Positions 1-10,500 of a DNA stretch of 64,000 bases are shown one piece after another. The notes below the pieces were generated by a model. That model was given only the letters and a program-made list of their open reading frames with translations. It made no database searches and was not told where the DNA came from. The stretch's first letter is position 1. Each line of letters starts with the position of its first letter. Made by a program: the position numbers and the translations under genes. This DNA comes from a virus (lineage: Duplodnaviria > Caudoviricetes), in IMG/VR virus record IMGVR_UViG_3300037755_000581, positions 2,984 to 66,983 of that record; one strand, 5' to 3'.

Positions 1-2013
1 GAGGAAGGCCCGCCATCACCGGCTTCGGACATCGTCACGATCCCGACCGCCGGCGATGTGTTGGTCGGAGGGTTCGATACACCCCCGTCGACAAAACGAA
101 ACATCACGCACATGCGAATCTATCGCGCGACCACGGGCTCGGACCAAACCGTGTTCCAGTTCGTCGCGGAGATCGCGGATCCGTTTGATGACTACAACGA
201 TACCATTTTGGATATCGACCTCGGCGAACTGCTGCAGACCGAGTCGTGGGAGCCGCCTCCCGAAGACATGATTGGTATCAAGGCGCTCCCGAACGGCGGA
301 ATGGCTGGATTCTTCGGTAAGACAGTGTGCTTAGCCGAGCCGTACTTCCCGCACGCGTGGCCGCCCGAGTATCAGATCGCAGTGGACCACGACGTCGTCG
401 GTCTCGGAATCGTACCGAACGGCGTGGCCATTTTGACAAAAGGCCCGGTCTACATCGCAGCCGGCGACCACCCGCGTGCTATGTCACTTCGTCACTTCAC
501 CGACTCACAATCGTGTTTGTCGAAGCGCAGTATCGCGAACACGATGGACGGCGTGCTGTATTCCGCCCCCGACGGCTTGGCGTTCGTCGGCTCGAGCGGC
601 TTCAAACTGGTGACTGAGGACTACGTTGCTAAACGCGAATGGCAGGCTTCTTTCGCCCCGACCAGCATAAAGGGCTTTTGGCACGATCAGAAATATTTCG
701 GTTTTCAGACAACCGGCGGCTTCGTGTTCGACCCGAATGATCCCTCCATTGGCCTGAGCACGATTGATGTGACGGTGACCGGCGGGTTCTTAGATTCTGA
801 GAACGACGTGCTGTACGTGTTCGGCGGCGATTCTAACGACGGAGCTGAGACGCGGCTGGTGGCGGTCGCCCAGTCCGGTACAAACCGTGTGATGTACAGC
901 GACGATGGCATCACTTGGGCTGCCGCCGCCGCCGCTTCGGCATCAATTTGGCAGGCTGTAGCTTACGGCGCCGATTTGTTTGTTGCGGTCGGGAATAACG
1001 TCGTCATGACGAGCCCGGACGGGATCACTTGGACAACCCGAACTGCCCCAACTGAGATCTGGCGAGCGGTTACATATTCGCTCGCTTTGAACTTGTTTGT
1101 GGCGGCCGGGGGATCTGGCTCTTCCGTGATTATGACCAGCCCGGACGGAATTACTTGGACATCCCGGACAGTGCCCGCGGTTAGTACTCTGCAAGGCGTC
1201 ATGTGGAACGACAGGCTTGGCCTGTTCGTCGCGGGAGGCAGCACTGACGTCGTTACGAGCCCGGACGGTATCACGTGGACGCAGCGCACCACGGCGCAGT
1301 CCACTGGCGCGGGCGGAGATAACGGATCGATTGTGATGCTGATGCACCCCGACGGCGACATCATAAGTTACAGCGCGGACGCAATTACTTGGTTAACCAC
1401 TGATGTCGGCGCTAATACGAACTGCTTGGGCGCCACGTTCGGCGCGGGGTTGTTCGTTCTTACGTTCAGCAGTGGCGCCGCGAACCGAGTCTGGACGAGC
1501 CCCGACGCGATCACTTGGACTGGCCGTACCGCCCCCGCGCAATCGTGGTCGGAAGTCGTATATTCGCCGGTTCTGGAGCTCTTTGTTGCGGTAGCAACCA
1601 CTGGTACGGGCAACCGTGTCATGACGAGCCCGGACGGTATCACGTGGACATCTCGCACAACCCCCGAGGACAACACGTGGAACGGCGTCGGGGTTAGAGA
1701 GCCACTTAGTCTAATCTCCGAATGGGACGCAGCGGCCACACAGTTAACGGCCACTTGGAAATCCGGCCGCGTGGTTTGCCCGCACCCGATGAATCCGTCA
1801 GCTGCACGCGTGCTCGCTGAGGAGTATCCAGTCACGTTCATCTTGTACAACGATCAGGGCGATCTGGTGACCACTCGCACGGTTACAACCCCCGAAGTGT
1901 TTCGGTTGCCTGGCGGCTACCTCACCGATTGGTTCGAAGTGGAAGTTCAGACAGATACCGAAGTGACCTCGATCCAGATCGCGGAAACAGTCGGTGAGTT
2001 GTTGGCGGGCTAG
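1..2013 (+). CDS. Tail nozzle / tail tubular B-like virion stabilisation protein, 5'-truncated, with an internal repeat insertion
   Basis: Frame 1 is open from base 1 (EEGPPSPASDIV...). AEPYFPHAWP, SQSCLSKRSI, YSAPDGL and C-terminal WKSG...FRLPGGY...FEVEV resemble podovirus tail-tube B/P22 gp10-like proteins; lies upstream of the fibre and ejection genes. Confidence 0.7.
   Translation, partial: EEGPPSPASDIVTIPTAGDVLVGGFDTPPSTKRNITHMRIYRATTGSDQTVFQFVAEIADPFDDYNDTILDIDLGELLQTESWEPPPEDMIGIKALPNGGMAGFFGKTVCLAEPYFPHAWPPEYQIAVDHDVVGLGIVPNGVAILTKGPVYIAAGDHPRAMSLRHFTDSQSCLSKRSIANTMDGVLYSAPDGLAFVGSSGFKLVTEDYVAKREWQASFAPTSIKGFWHDQKYFGFQTTGGFVFDPNDPSIGLSTIDVTVTGGFLDSENDVLYVFGGDSNDGAETRLVAVAQSGTNRVMYSDDGITWAAAAAASASIWQAVAYGADLFVAVGNNVVMTSPDGITWTTRTAPTEIWRAVTYSLALNLFVAAGGSGSSVIMTSPDGITWTSRTVPAVSTLQGVMWNDRLGLFVAGGSTDVVTSPDGITWTQRTTAQSTGAGGDNGSIVMLMHPDGDIISYSADAITWLTTDVGANTNCLGATFGAGLFVLTFSSGAANRVWTSPDAITWTGRTAPAQSWSEVVYSPVLELFVAVATTGTGNRVMTSPDGITWTSRTTPEDNTWNGVGVREPLSLISEWDAAATQLTATWKSGRVVCPHPMNPSAARVLAEEYPVTFILYNDQGDLVTTRTVTTPEVFRLPGGYLTDWFEVEVQTDTEVTSIQIAETVGELLAG
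841..1700 (+). repeat. Seven ~43-aa BNR/Asp-box-like repeats (xSPDGITWT), probable 7-bladed beta-propeller
   Basis: YSDDGITW, TSPDGITW (four times), YSADAITW, TSPDAITW; near-identical DNA units such as gtcatgacgagcccggacgg(g/t)atcac. Confidence 0.85.
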
Positions 2014-2015
2014 TC

Positions 2016-3338
2016 ATGGCGACGAACCCAAACCCGGCGCACCGCCGGAATATTAGACCTGGCCTCTCGGTGCCGGCCGGCCTCGACCCCGAGCTAGAAA
2101 AGTTCCTGAGCGGCGTCAAGGAGCACCTGCAAGGCGCCGACGGAACGAGAGGGCAACCCCAAGAGCGGTTCGTTACGCTTCGCGACCTGAAGGATATCGG
2201 CCTCGTCAACATCGGCGTGAAGAACGGACGCGGCGTCATCACGGGGATTAACTCCGACGTTACCAGTCTGACCGCGGCCGCGTCGTCTAGTCTCGCAACC
2301 TTGAATGACGTCGACACGTCGGCCGCGCAAGATGGGGACGCGCTGCAGTACAACGCCGGCGCGGGCGAATGGGTTCCGTTTGATCCGGTCGAGTTAGCAC
2401 AGGACGCTGTCGGCTCGATCCTCGTGGACTCGGCCGAGATTGACTTCACCTACGACGACCTGACGGCCTCGATCACAGCGGCGATCATCGACGCAAGTAT
2501 CGCCTACGCGCGCATCGCGGATGCCTCAGCGCTCAGTGTGCTCGGTCGCTCGGCGGATAGCTCCGGCGTGCTCGCCGACATCCAGGCCGGCACTGACGAC
2601 CAAGTGCTCCGGCGTTCGGGTTCGGCCATTGGGTTTGGTGCTCTGAACTTAGCATCAAGTGACGCGGTGACGGGCGACTTGGCCTTCGCCAATATCGCGC
2701 AGCTCGCCGGGTTCTCCGTCGCCGGACGCTCGGTCACGGGCACCGGCGACATTGCCGCGATCACGGCCGGCACTGACGACCGCCTGCTGCGGCAGACTGC
2801 CGGCGCCCTGAACTTCGGCCAGCTCACCGCGGGCATGTTCCCGAACACTGTGGTGCCAGATGCCGCGCTGTCGAGCAACGTGCCGCTGCTCAATGTGGCT
2901 AACGTGTTCACCGCAGCACAAAGAGTGTCGCTTAATGGCGCTGGCTTGACGCTGCGCGGCACTTCAGTTACCAACTCCAACATCGCCTACCTGGCGATCG
3001 AGCTTTCCGACGGAACCCTCTACGGATATTTCGGCGACGGCTCTGGCAGCACAAACGCCATCGACCTTTACGGCGCTAACGGGTTTCGATTCGCGACTGA
3101 CGCGGGCGATTTAGCGAGCATCGAGTTCAATGGCGTGACCGCTGATCTGTTCGCGAGAACGAACGTTCAGAACACGTTTACGGACCCCCAGATATTCCCT
3201 GCCGGCACCACTGCCGCCCCAAGCATTCAGCTGCCTCACGGCACTGCGCCATCATCTCCGGTCGATGGCGACATCTGGACGACAACCGTCGGCCTCTTCG
3301 TACAAATTAACGGCACTACAGTAGGACCACTAACGTGA
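2016..3338 (+). CDS. Tail fibre/spike protein
   Basis: 440 aa, G/A/S/T-rich, with an internal duplication (AGTDDQVLRRSG / AGTDDRLLRQTA) and the C-terminal GTAPSSPVDGDIW motif seen in phage tail proteins. Confidence 0.65.
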   Translation: MATNPNPAHRRNIRPGLSVPAGLDPELEKFLSGVKEHLQGADGTRGQPQERFVTLRDLKDIGLVNIGVKNGRGVITGINSDVTSLTAAASSSLATLNDVDTSAAQDGDALQYNAGAGEWVPFDPVELAQDAVGSILVDSAEIDFTYDDLTASITAAIIDASIAYARIADASALSVLGRSADSSGVLADIQAGTDDQVLRRSGSAIGFGALNLASSDAVTGDLAFANIAQLAGFSVAGRSVTGTGDIAAITAGTDDRLLRQTAGALNFGQLTAGMFPNTVVPDAALSSNVPLLNVANVFTAAQRVSLNGAGLTLRGTSVTNSNIAYLAIELSDGTLYGYFGDGSGSTNAIDLYGANGFRFATDAGDLASIEFNGVTADLFARTNVQNTFTDPQIFPAGTTAAPSIQLPHGTAPSSPVDGDIWTTTVGLFVQINGTTVGPLT

Positions 3339-3523
3339 CAATCGACGACTTCAAGAACCTCCTGGCCCTCATCTCCAGCGACCGGCTCGCACTCAGAGGA
3401 AACGAAGTGCAAACCGTTGCCAGGCTTCAGGCGAAGCTCGCACAGCTCATTCAGCCGCCTTCTGACGTGCCCAAACCCACTGGCGAATGCGGGAATCGTG
3501 AGACAATACCGGACCCCGTATAG
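3335..3523 (+). CDS. Small protein, possible fibre chaperone
   Basis: 62 aa, GTGA overlap with the fibre stop codon, helical. Confidence 0.45.
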   Translation: MTIDDFKNLLALISSDRLALRGNEVQTVARLQAKLAQLIQPPSDVPKPTGECGNRETIPDPV

Positions 3524-3535
3524 GAGCCCAGCCCG

Positions 3536-4018
3536 GTGTCACCCAGCGCGCTTGCCAAGCTCGAGCCAGCCACCGAATTCGGTGGCGTAGAGGCGGCGTT
3601 TGCCCGCCGCTCGGCGATCATTAGGCTCGGCGAGGGGATGCTTGCGGCGCCAGAGGCGCAGGTGGAGATCCCGACCGTCCATTACCACGCCGAGGGCGTA
3701 TACGCCCGCGAAGTGTTTATCTCCGCGGGGACGGCACTCGTGGGTAAGATCCACAAGACCGAGCACATCAATGTTGTGTCAATGGGGAAGATTGTTGTCG
3801 TGACTGAAGAGGGCCGAAAAATCATATCCGCCCCCTTTACGTTCGTGGCCCCGCCCGGGACCATGCGGGCCGGGTTTGCTTTGCAGGACACCGTGTGGAC
3901 CACGTTCCACCCGGCCTCGACCCGGGATCTTGTGCAGCTCGAGGACGAGTTGATCGCACAGTCCTATGAAGAGTTCCTGGCGCTTACGGCCGCGCCCATC
4001 AAGGAGCTCGACTTGTGA
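3536..4018 (+). CDS. Cupin-like conserved phage protein
   Basis: HYHAEGVYARE...GKIHKTEH...DTVWTTFH pattern, typical of a cupin-fold protein found next to podovirus tail genes. Confidence 0.6.
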   Translation: MSPSALAKLEPATEFGGVEAAFARRSAIIRLGEGMLAAPEAQVEIPTVHYHAEGVYAREVFISAGTALVGKIHKTEHINVVSMGKIVVVTEEGRKIISAPFTFVAPPGTMRAGFALQDTVWTTFHPASTRDLVQLEDELIAQSYEEFLALTAAPIKELDL

Positions 4019-4674
4019 GCTGGGTAATGGTTGGAGTGACCGCGGCGAACTTCTTGTCCGGCATGGACAAGAAAAAGAAGGCCAAGGAAGAGCTGAAGAA
4101 GCGGAATCAGCCGACAGCCGAAGAAAGGGAGCTGCTCTCGGAAGCGACTCGTATTGCAGAAGACCCGTCGACACAGGCCGCGACTCGGATTGACCAGCAG
4201 CGGAATCGCGAGCTCATAAGCGGCCGCGAAGGCACGCGAAAGACTACGCTCGGCACGGCAGCCTCCGACGTGTCGCAGGCTTTTAGGGGTCCGACGACGA
4301 ACCAGAACCAAGCAGTGACTAACGCAATCACGCGCGGCAGGGGACTCACGCGGGTACTTGGCGCGACCTCTCAAGAGTTCGACAACCAGCTTATGCACGA
4401 CCGCGTCTCCGCGGTGCAGCGCTCGCAAACGCGGCGCTCCGCCGGATTCTCGGCGCTCGCGCAAGCCGCGAACATACGCGCCGGCGTCAACCAGTCCAAC
4501 AACGCACTGTCAGACACACTGCGCGGATTGCGGCAGAATACGCTCGGCACGGCTGCCGGGATTGGCGCCGGAATATACGCCAACAGAAACGAACTCGGTA
4601 TCGGACGTGGCGGGCGCATCAACCCCAATTCCGTAGTCAACGACAACCGCATGGATACGTCGGCATACGTATGA
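4015..4674 (+). CDS. Putative internal virion (ejection/pilot) protein
   Basis: 219 aa, Q/N/A/R-rich helical, glycine-rich termini, coupled to neighbouring genes; position before large ejection genes. Confidence 0.5.
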   Translation: MSWVMVGVTAANFLSGMDKKKKAKEELKKRNQPTAEERELLSEATRIAEDPSTQAATRIDQQRNRELISGREGTRKTTLGTAASDVSQAFRGPTTNQNQAVTNAITRGRGLTRVLGATSQEFDNQLMHDRVSAVQRSQTRRSAGFSALAQAANIRAGVNQSNNALSDTLRGLRQNTLGTAAGIGAGIYANRNELGIGRGGRINPNSVVNDNRMDTSAYV

Positions 4675-5216
4675 GCCTATCAACGGTCGCAATGAGCTCC
4701 CTCGATCGACTCGGGCAAACCGGGCGCGGGCTGCTCTCGAGTTTCAATCGCGACGGCGCCAACACCCTGCAAGACATGATCCTCTCGGCGGCCGATCCGT
4801 CGCGCGCCGATGTTTCCACCAGTCTGGACCAGGCCAGTGCAGGGTCAGATCGATCGTTTGACGCCGCGACCGGTACGTTGGGGCGGCAAACACGCGCCCT
4901 GGGCACGGCGCAGAACGCGGGCCAGGAAGCGTCTACGAACCGGCGCATCGGATTGGCACGCGCCCTGTCCGCGGTCGACTCGCGCAACCGAACGGTCGGC
5001 GCGATCCGTCAGCGCCGCGATATGGCCATGTCGACAGCCGGCAGCCTGCGCGACGTACTGGCGAGTCAGCAGCTCGACGTCCTCTCCAACGCTGCCCAAA
5101 TGCAGGGCGCACGAATCCACAACACCAACGCCGCCCGCGCTGGTATCGCAGCGGACAGCGCCGCGACTACGGGACAGTCGCTTGGCATGCTGGGTTCCAT
5201 GTTCGGGGGCAAATAA
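4671..5216 (+). CDS. Putative internal virion (ejection) protein
   Basis: 181 aa, A/Q/S-rich, ends GMLGSMFGGK; ATGA-coupled. Confidence 0.5.
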   Translation: MSLSTVAMSSLDRLGQTGRGLLSSFNRDGANTLQDMILSAADPSRADVSTSLDQASAGSDRSFDAATGTLGRQTRALGTAQNAGQEASTNRRIGLARALSAVDSRNRTVGAIRQRRDMAMSTAGSLRDVLASQQLDVLSNAAQMQGARIHNTNAARAGIAADSAATTGQSLGMLGSMFGGK

Positions 5217-7237
5217 TGGCAACAGATTTTTCTTCGGGGCTGTTGTCTGGGTTCCAGTTTATGGAATCGATCGCCGACCGCCGCGAACGCCGTCGTCAAG
5301 CGGACGAGCAGATCGGCCTCCAGCGCGCAGCTGATTCTCGCGCCGAGGCGGCGTTCACGACCCAGCAAGAAATTATTTCCGATACTCGGCTACGGCAACG
5401 GCAAACCGACTCGGCTTCTACTGCGCTCGCCCGCGCGCAAAGCCGCGGCATAGATAATCTCGAACCCTACGAGCTCGCCGAGCTCGAGGAACAGGCTGCG
5501 TTCAATCCGAACATCGCCGGCGCACTCCAAGAGATGCGAATGGGCAAGCGTGACACCGCCGCGATCCAAGACATCGCCGGTATGGCCCGTAGGCCGCAAT
5601 CGTTAGGCGATGTTGCAATGGCCGCGCAGCAACCGGCGCCGACGCCCGTCGACGACGGCTCGCTCAGTCCCGAGCAACTTGTTACCCAAGGCGCTGGCGA
5701 GGAACTCCCTCCGGGCCAGCCCGGGGGCACGCGCACGGTCCACAATACGTATTTGAAAGGGCTAATTCCGGGCATTCAGATCCCTGATGAAATGCTTGAC
5801 CCGCAACGGCGCACCGTCGAGCTGCCGGCGCAGATGATCGATGATCTCGAGGCCGCGAAAGACCTACCGATGGTGGAGCGCCAGCAGATCGTCGACCGCG
5901 CGCGAGCGGTGTTGGGCGACGGAAATTTCAGCGCAACCGTGCAGGCCGCTAAGGCCGCCACCGCGGCTGCCCGCGACACCGTTGCCTCTTACCGCGGCTT
6001 CGTGGACCCCACCGACGAGACGGGCGCCGACCTGCGCCGCATGGCAGTGGAAGATCCGATGGCCGCCGCGCAAGAGTTTGCCGACGACTTCAATACACTG
6101 AAAGAGACTGACCCGAACACGCTGGCGATTGTCGAGCGGGAAATGATGCCCGTCGTGAATCGCGCCACGGGGATCGCGGCGGCCCGCGTCCGGGCGCTGC
6201 CGGTACAAGACGGGCGCGTGACGGTTAACGCCGAATCGCGTGCCGCGATGGGCAGCCTCAACCGCATGCTCTCGCTGCAGCAGAACATGAGCGACGGCTT
6301 CAAGGGCGAACTGCAGGCGCAGATTCGCCGTGGCTCGATGCCGGTTGGCAATGCCGAGCTCGGCGCGCAAGTGGCGGCCACCGTCGCGGCCGGACCCCGC
6401 CCTGGGATGCCGGAGACCGGAGATCAGCTCCGTTCGAATTTGGCGATGGCCCGCCGCGCAGTGAACTCGGTTGCTGATGGCGCCCGCAACTTGTCGACTC
6501 GGCAGGTGGAGTCGCTCGCGTGGCTCACGAAGCGCGGCTACATCTCGCCGGACGGTTTCGAGCAATTCCTCAGCACGGGCACGTTTCAGAAGCCCAGCGA
6601 CGCGGATTTCTTTTCGCACAACCCGGACAATATCTTGTACGCCCCAGACGGGACGGTGCTCTACATGCCGCCGAAGCCGCAGGCGAAGCCGGAGGACGTC
6701 AGCGCGTGGGCGCCCGAGCAGCAGACGGTGATCGACCAGCGGTTTGCCCCGCCGCCCAACGCGACTCCGGAGCAGGTCGAGCACGCTCGACGGCTCAAGG
6801 AAAGCTTCTACATCACTATGGGCCAGAACCCGGAGAAGCTCTGGGGGGCTGGGATAAATGTGGACGACTACCGCCAGATGGGCCGCGACGACGTCGCCCT
6901 CATGACCGAGCGGTACATGCTGATGCAGGACGCGCGCTCGGAGTGGGATAGCAGCTGGCTGCACGGCGCCGGGCCCGTCGGTTGGTTCCGTAAAGGATTT
7001 GACGAGCAGGGTGTGGACGTCACGAATTTCGACGAGCTCGCGAAGAAGTTCGACATCGAGGTCCCGCCGCTGCCGTTGCCCAAGCCGCAGGTTGACGCGG
7101 CCCGCATGTCGCTCGCCGCGAGTGACGACGAGACGGACCGGATCATGGCGCGAATCATGAGTGATATCGAGCTCGGCGACGCTATCATTCAGAGCAAAGA
7201 GGCGCAGGGTCCGCCCGCTCCGTTGACCACCGAGTAA
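5216..7237 (+). CDS. Putative ejection protein
   Basis: 673 aa; N-terminus FSSGLLSGFQ followed by a coiled-coil, typical of podovirus ejection proteins. Confidence 0.5.
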   Translation: MATDFSSGLLSGFQFMESIADRRERRRQADEQIGLQRAADSRAEAAFTTQQEIISDTRLRQRQTDSASTALARAQSRGIDNLEPYELAELEEQAAFNPNIAGALQEMRMGKRDTAAIQDIAGMARRPQSLGDVAMAAQQPAPTPVDDGSLSPEQLVTQGAGEELPPGQPGGTRTVHNTYLKGLIPGIQIPDEMLDPQRRTVELPAQMIDDLEAAKDLPMVERQQIVDRARAVLGDGNFSATVQAAKAATAAARDTVASYRGFVDPTDETGADLRRMAVEDPMAAAQEFADDFNTLKETDPNTLAIVEREMMPVVNRATGIAAARVRALPVQDGRVTVNAESRAAMGSLNRMLSLQQNMSDGFKGELQAQIRRGSMPVGNAELGAQVAATVAAGPRPGMPETGDQLRSNLAMARRAVNSVADGARNLSTRQVESLAWLTKRGYISPDGFEQFLSTGTFQKPSDADFFSHNPDNILYAPDGTVLYMPPKPQAKPEDVSAWAPEQQTVIDQRFAPPPNATPEQVEHARRLKESFYITMGQNPEKLWGAGINVDDYRQMGRDDVALMTERYMLMQDARSEWDSSWLHGAGPVGWFRKGFDEQGVDVTNFDELAKKFDIEVPPLPLPKPQVDAARMSLAASDDETDRIMARIMSDIELGDAIIQSKEAQGPPAPLTTE

Positions 7238-7280
7238 CGGTCGGCTACCGTTACCGCGGTGTTTGGATGGAGGTAACCGA

Positions 7281-7592
7281 ATGTTTCGAAGATGGCTACT
7301 CGTCCTTGCCGCCGTATTGGGGTTGGCACTACTGGCCTCGGCTTGGCAAGAAATCAGATATCAGGGGGCAGTTGGTGTGGTTTCGAAAGAGTTGGATTTT
7401 TGTCGCAAGGCGCTCGAGGTCCCCGACGGCCGCGTAGCCCTTGGCTGCTACGCCCCGACGCATGCTTCGGCGAGAGCAGATTCAATCCGGATCCGCCGAG
7501 GTAATACAAACGGAGTGACGGCAATAGTAGCTCTGGCGCTGGCGTTCTGCTCTGTCGGGCGGTTCATCTACAAAGGGACCTGGTTGAAATAG
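7281..7592 (+). CDS. Two-TM membrane protein (moron-like)
   Basis: GGAGGT ribosome-binding site before ATG 7281; two hydrophobic helices flank a loop with two Cys; more AT-rich than its neighbours. Confidence 0.55.
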   Translation: MFRRWLLVLAAVLGLALLASAWQEIRYQGAVGVVSKELDFCRKALEVPDGRVALGCYAPTHASARADSIRIRRGNTNGVTAIVALALAFCSVGRFIYKGTWLK

Positions 7593-7594
7593 CG

Positions 7595-10500
7595 ATGCCG
7601 ATCGATCTGGCTCAATTTACCGAAGTCGCTTCGGTTGACTCGCCGTTGCCACAAGCGCCGCGAGGTCAACGCGTTGACTTGGCGACGTTTACCGAGACCG
7701 AGCGGGGCAAACCCGTCGGCCCCCAAACGCTCGGCCAAGAATTCGGGCGCGGTGTCCAGAGCGGCACGGTCCAGATGAAGGCATCGCTGTTCGGGCTCGC
7801 TGACATCGCCGGCTCCGTGCTTGGTTCGCAAGGGCTCCGAGATTACGCTCTCGCCGGCTTAGCGGACGCTCAAGAAGACGCCGAGCGTCTCGCGCCCACG
7901 ATTGGGCAGTTCTCCGATATCGACGGCTCCGGCGAATTCTTCACGTGGGCCGCCGGGGCGATCGGCCAACAGGTCCCCGTGCTCGCCACCATGATCGGTT
8001 CCGGTGGCCTCGGCGGTGCTGTCGCGCAGGCGAGCTTGAAGACGGCGCTCCGGTTCGGCCTCCGCGCCGGGGCTCGTAGGTCGCTGATCGGCCAGTTCGG
8101 GCGTGTCTCCGCTCGCGAGCTCGACCGGGCCGTCCTGAAGCAGCTCGACGACCCCGCCACGCAGCGGCTTCTTCGGCAGTCGTTCTCCCGCGGAGCCGGT
8201 GCCGGCGCGGCTGGCTCGAGCTTCGGTATTCAAGCTGGCGACCTGCAGAATCAGTTGACCGAGGCCGGCATTGACGCACCCCTGACGGCAATCACCGGCG
8301 GTGCCGTAGCCGCGGCGCTCGACGCCGCGCCCGTTGTGTTCCTGATGGGCCGGCTGTTCCCGGGCGTGGATCGCGCGTTGAGCAAGGCCTTCATCGCCGA
8401 CATCGCCAAGACGACCGGGCTACAGGGCGCGCTCGAGGGCGGCACAGAGGCCGCGCAAGAATTAGTGACGCTGGCGTCTCGTGCCTACCACGACCCGTCG
8501 ATCGACATCACGTCGCCCGCCAACCGCCTACAGGTACTGAACGCCGCCGCCGCTGGGGCCCTCGTCGGCGCGCTCACGGGCGGAGCTGGCGAGACGGTAT
8601 CTGCGGCCCCTAGGGCCAGCAGGGGCGCGGCACGCCGCGCTCAGCTCGGCGCCAGCCGGCTGACCGAGTATGCGAAGACCCGGGTCGAGCTCGCGCGCAG
8701 CACCGCGCAGGTGGCCGCCGGTGAGCAAGATGCCCTCGTTCCCGGCGTGCAGGAGCTACGGCAGGCCGCCTCGAGCTTCCTATCCGAGCAGGTGGCGCCC
8801 GCCCTCTCAGGTGCTGGCGAGCGGCTACGTGCCGGAGTTGACGCCACCAAGGTCGCGATCGGCAGCGTCGACCTCGGAGTCGACCTCGCGGGCATCGCTT
8901 CCTCGCTGGACGAGAAGATCCGTATCCGAGTTGCTCCGGTACTGAATAGCGTGCTCGCCGCCATGCACCAACAGATCGACGCGATCCGCGGGCAGGTGGC
9001 ACAGTTGCCCCTCGCGGAACGAGCCGCGGCATTACAGGCCGGTCTCGAGAAGATCAAACAGGGTGTCAGCGGCTTCATCGAGCAACGTCTCAAGCCGCTC
9101 GTGAAGGGGGCGGAAGATGATCTGGCTAGCGAAGTTCGGACAAAGAATTACGACGATGAGGATCTGGATATTGAATCGCCAGATCCAGATGAGATGCGTG
9201 ATCCTCAAGACCTTACCCGCGTTACGCTGGGTCAGGCGCAGAAACGTACGAGAACTCGTGGTGGCGTCACTGTGTCTTCCACTGTTCGCACTCGTGATGA
9301 CGATGCTGTTGCTTTCACTTCTCGGGGCGCTGCTGATCAGGCTGTTCGTGAAGTTCGCGAGTCTTTCCCGAACCTCCCCGAAGACGCGATCGACGTCGAG
9401 CAGCGAGGAGACGGATTCGTTGTAGCAATTCGTGACATCGGAGCGGCCGAGGAAGTCTTCGAGCAACTCCGGTTCGCCGACGGCCTCACAGACGCCCGCG
9501 AAGCCTCGCGTGCGAACCCAGACCAGTCTCGCAGGATCGAAGTCAAACGCCCTGGCGCCGCGGGCTTTACGCGGCTCGATCTGCCGACACTCGTCTTGGC
9601 CGGGCAAGATATGGTGGAGCGGGGCGGCACGAAGCTACCGGAGAACCGCTCCAAGGCGGCGTTGCGGGGGCTCGACGCGATCCTCGGCCGCCTGATAGAC
9701 CAGGGGTACGAGTTCAAGGGCGGTATCAACGCCCTCCGGGGCAAGATGCTGTTTGAGGGCATGCCGGTCGGCGAAGCTCGGCGTCGGTCTCAATTTGCCC
9801 CCGAACAGGATCCAGAGGCCCGCGAGGCGCAGCTGCAGATCGAGGCGGGCGCCGTAGAGCCACCGGCCGCGGATACCCCCGTCTTCGACGCCGGTGGCCG
9901 CGTAGATCCCGATCGTGGACTCGGGCGGCAAGAGAACGTCACCGAGACCGAGGCAGCCGCCAATGAGGCCACTAAGCGCGCACCACGCGTCGGCCGTCGG
10001 GCTATGGAGAATTGGTATGATGCCCGCGAGGGCGTCCGCGTCGGTATTGGTGCCGTACCAGAAAAAACACAGAACGAGATTGCCGACCTCGTCCGGGAGT
10101 TGCTCGGCATCGCGGGACTACGTAACCGTGTGTTCGTCGTGGACCGCGCTGGCGCCCAGACGCTCGTGGAGCACGGCCATCCGCTTTCCTCTGCGCTCGT
10201 TGATTGGCAGACGACGAAATCGCTTGGTCGTATCGCGATGCTCGGCGACGACGCGGTGATTTACCTGTCAGACGATGTCCTTATCGATAAGAAGGGCGGC
10301 TCCGTCGACGCCGCGAAAGCGAAGACTTTCGTTGTCCTCGCCCATGAGATCGGCCACTTGGTCGAAAACGTCTACTACAAACGCCTGTCGCCGGAGCTCA
10401 AGGAGCAGCTCTATAACGGCTTCTTGAAGTGGGTGAAAGAGAATCCCGACCGCAAGCACTCGCTCTCGTTCGACGAATTCATGGCGAACCAATTTACTTC

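Noticed and set aside
841-3338. Diversity-generating retroelement acting on tail genes
   Set aside because: No reverse transcriptase ORF, and no template/variable repeat pair differing only at adenines was seen.
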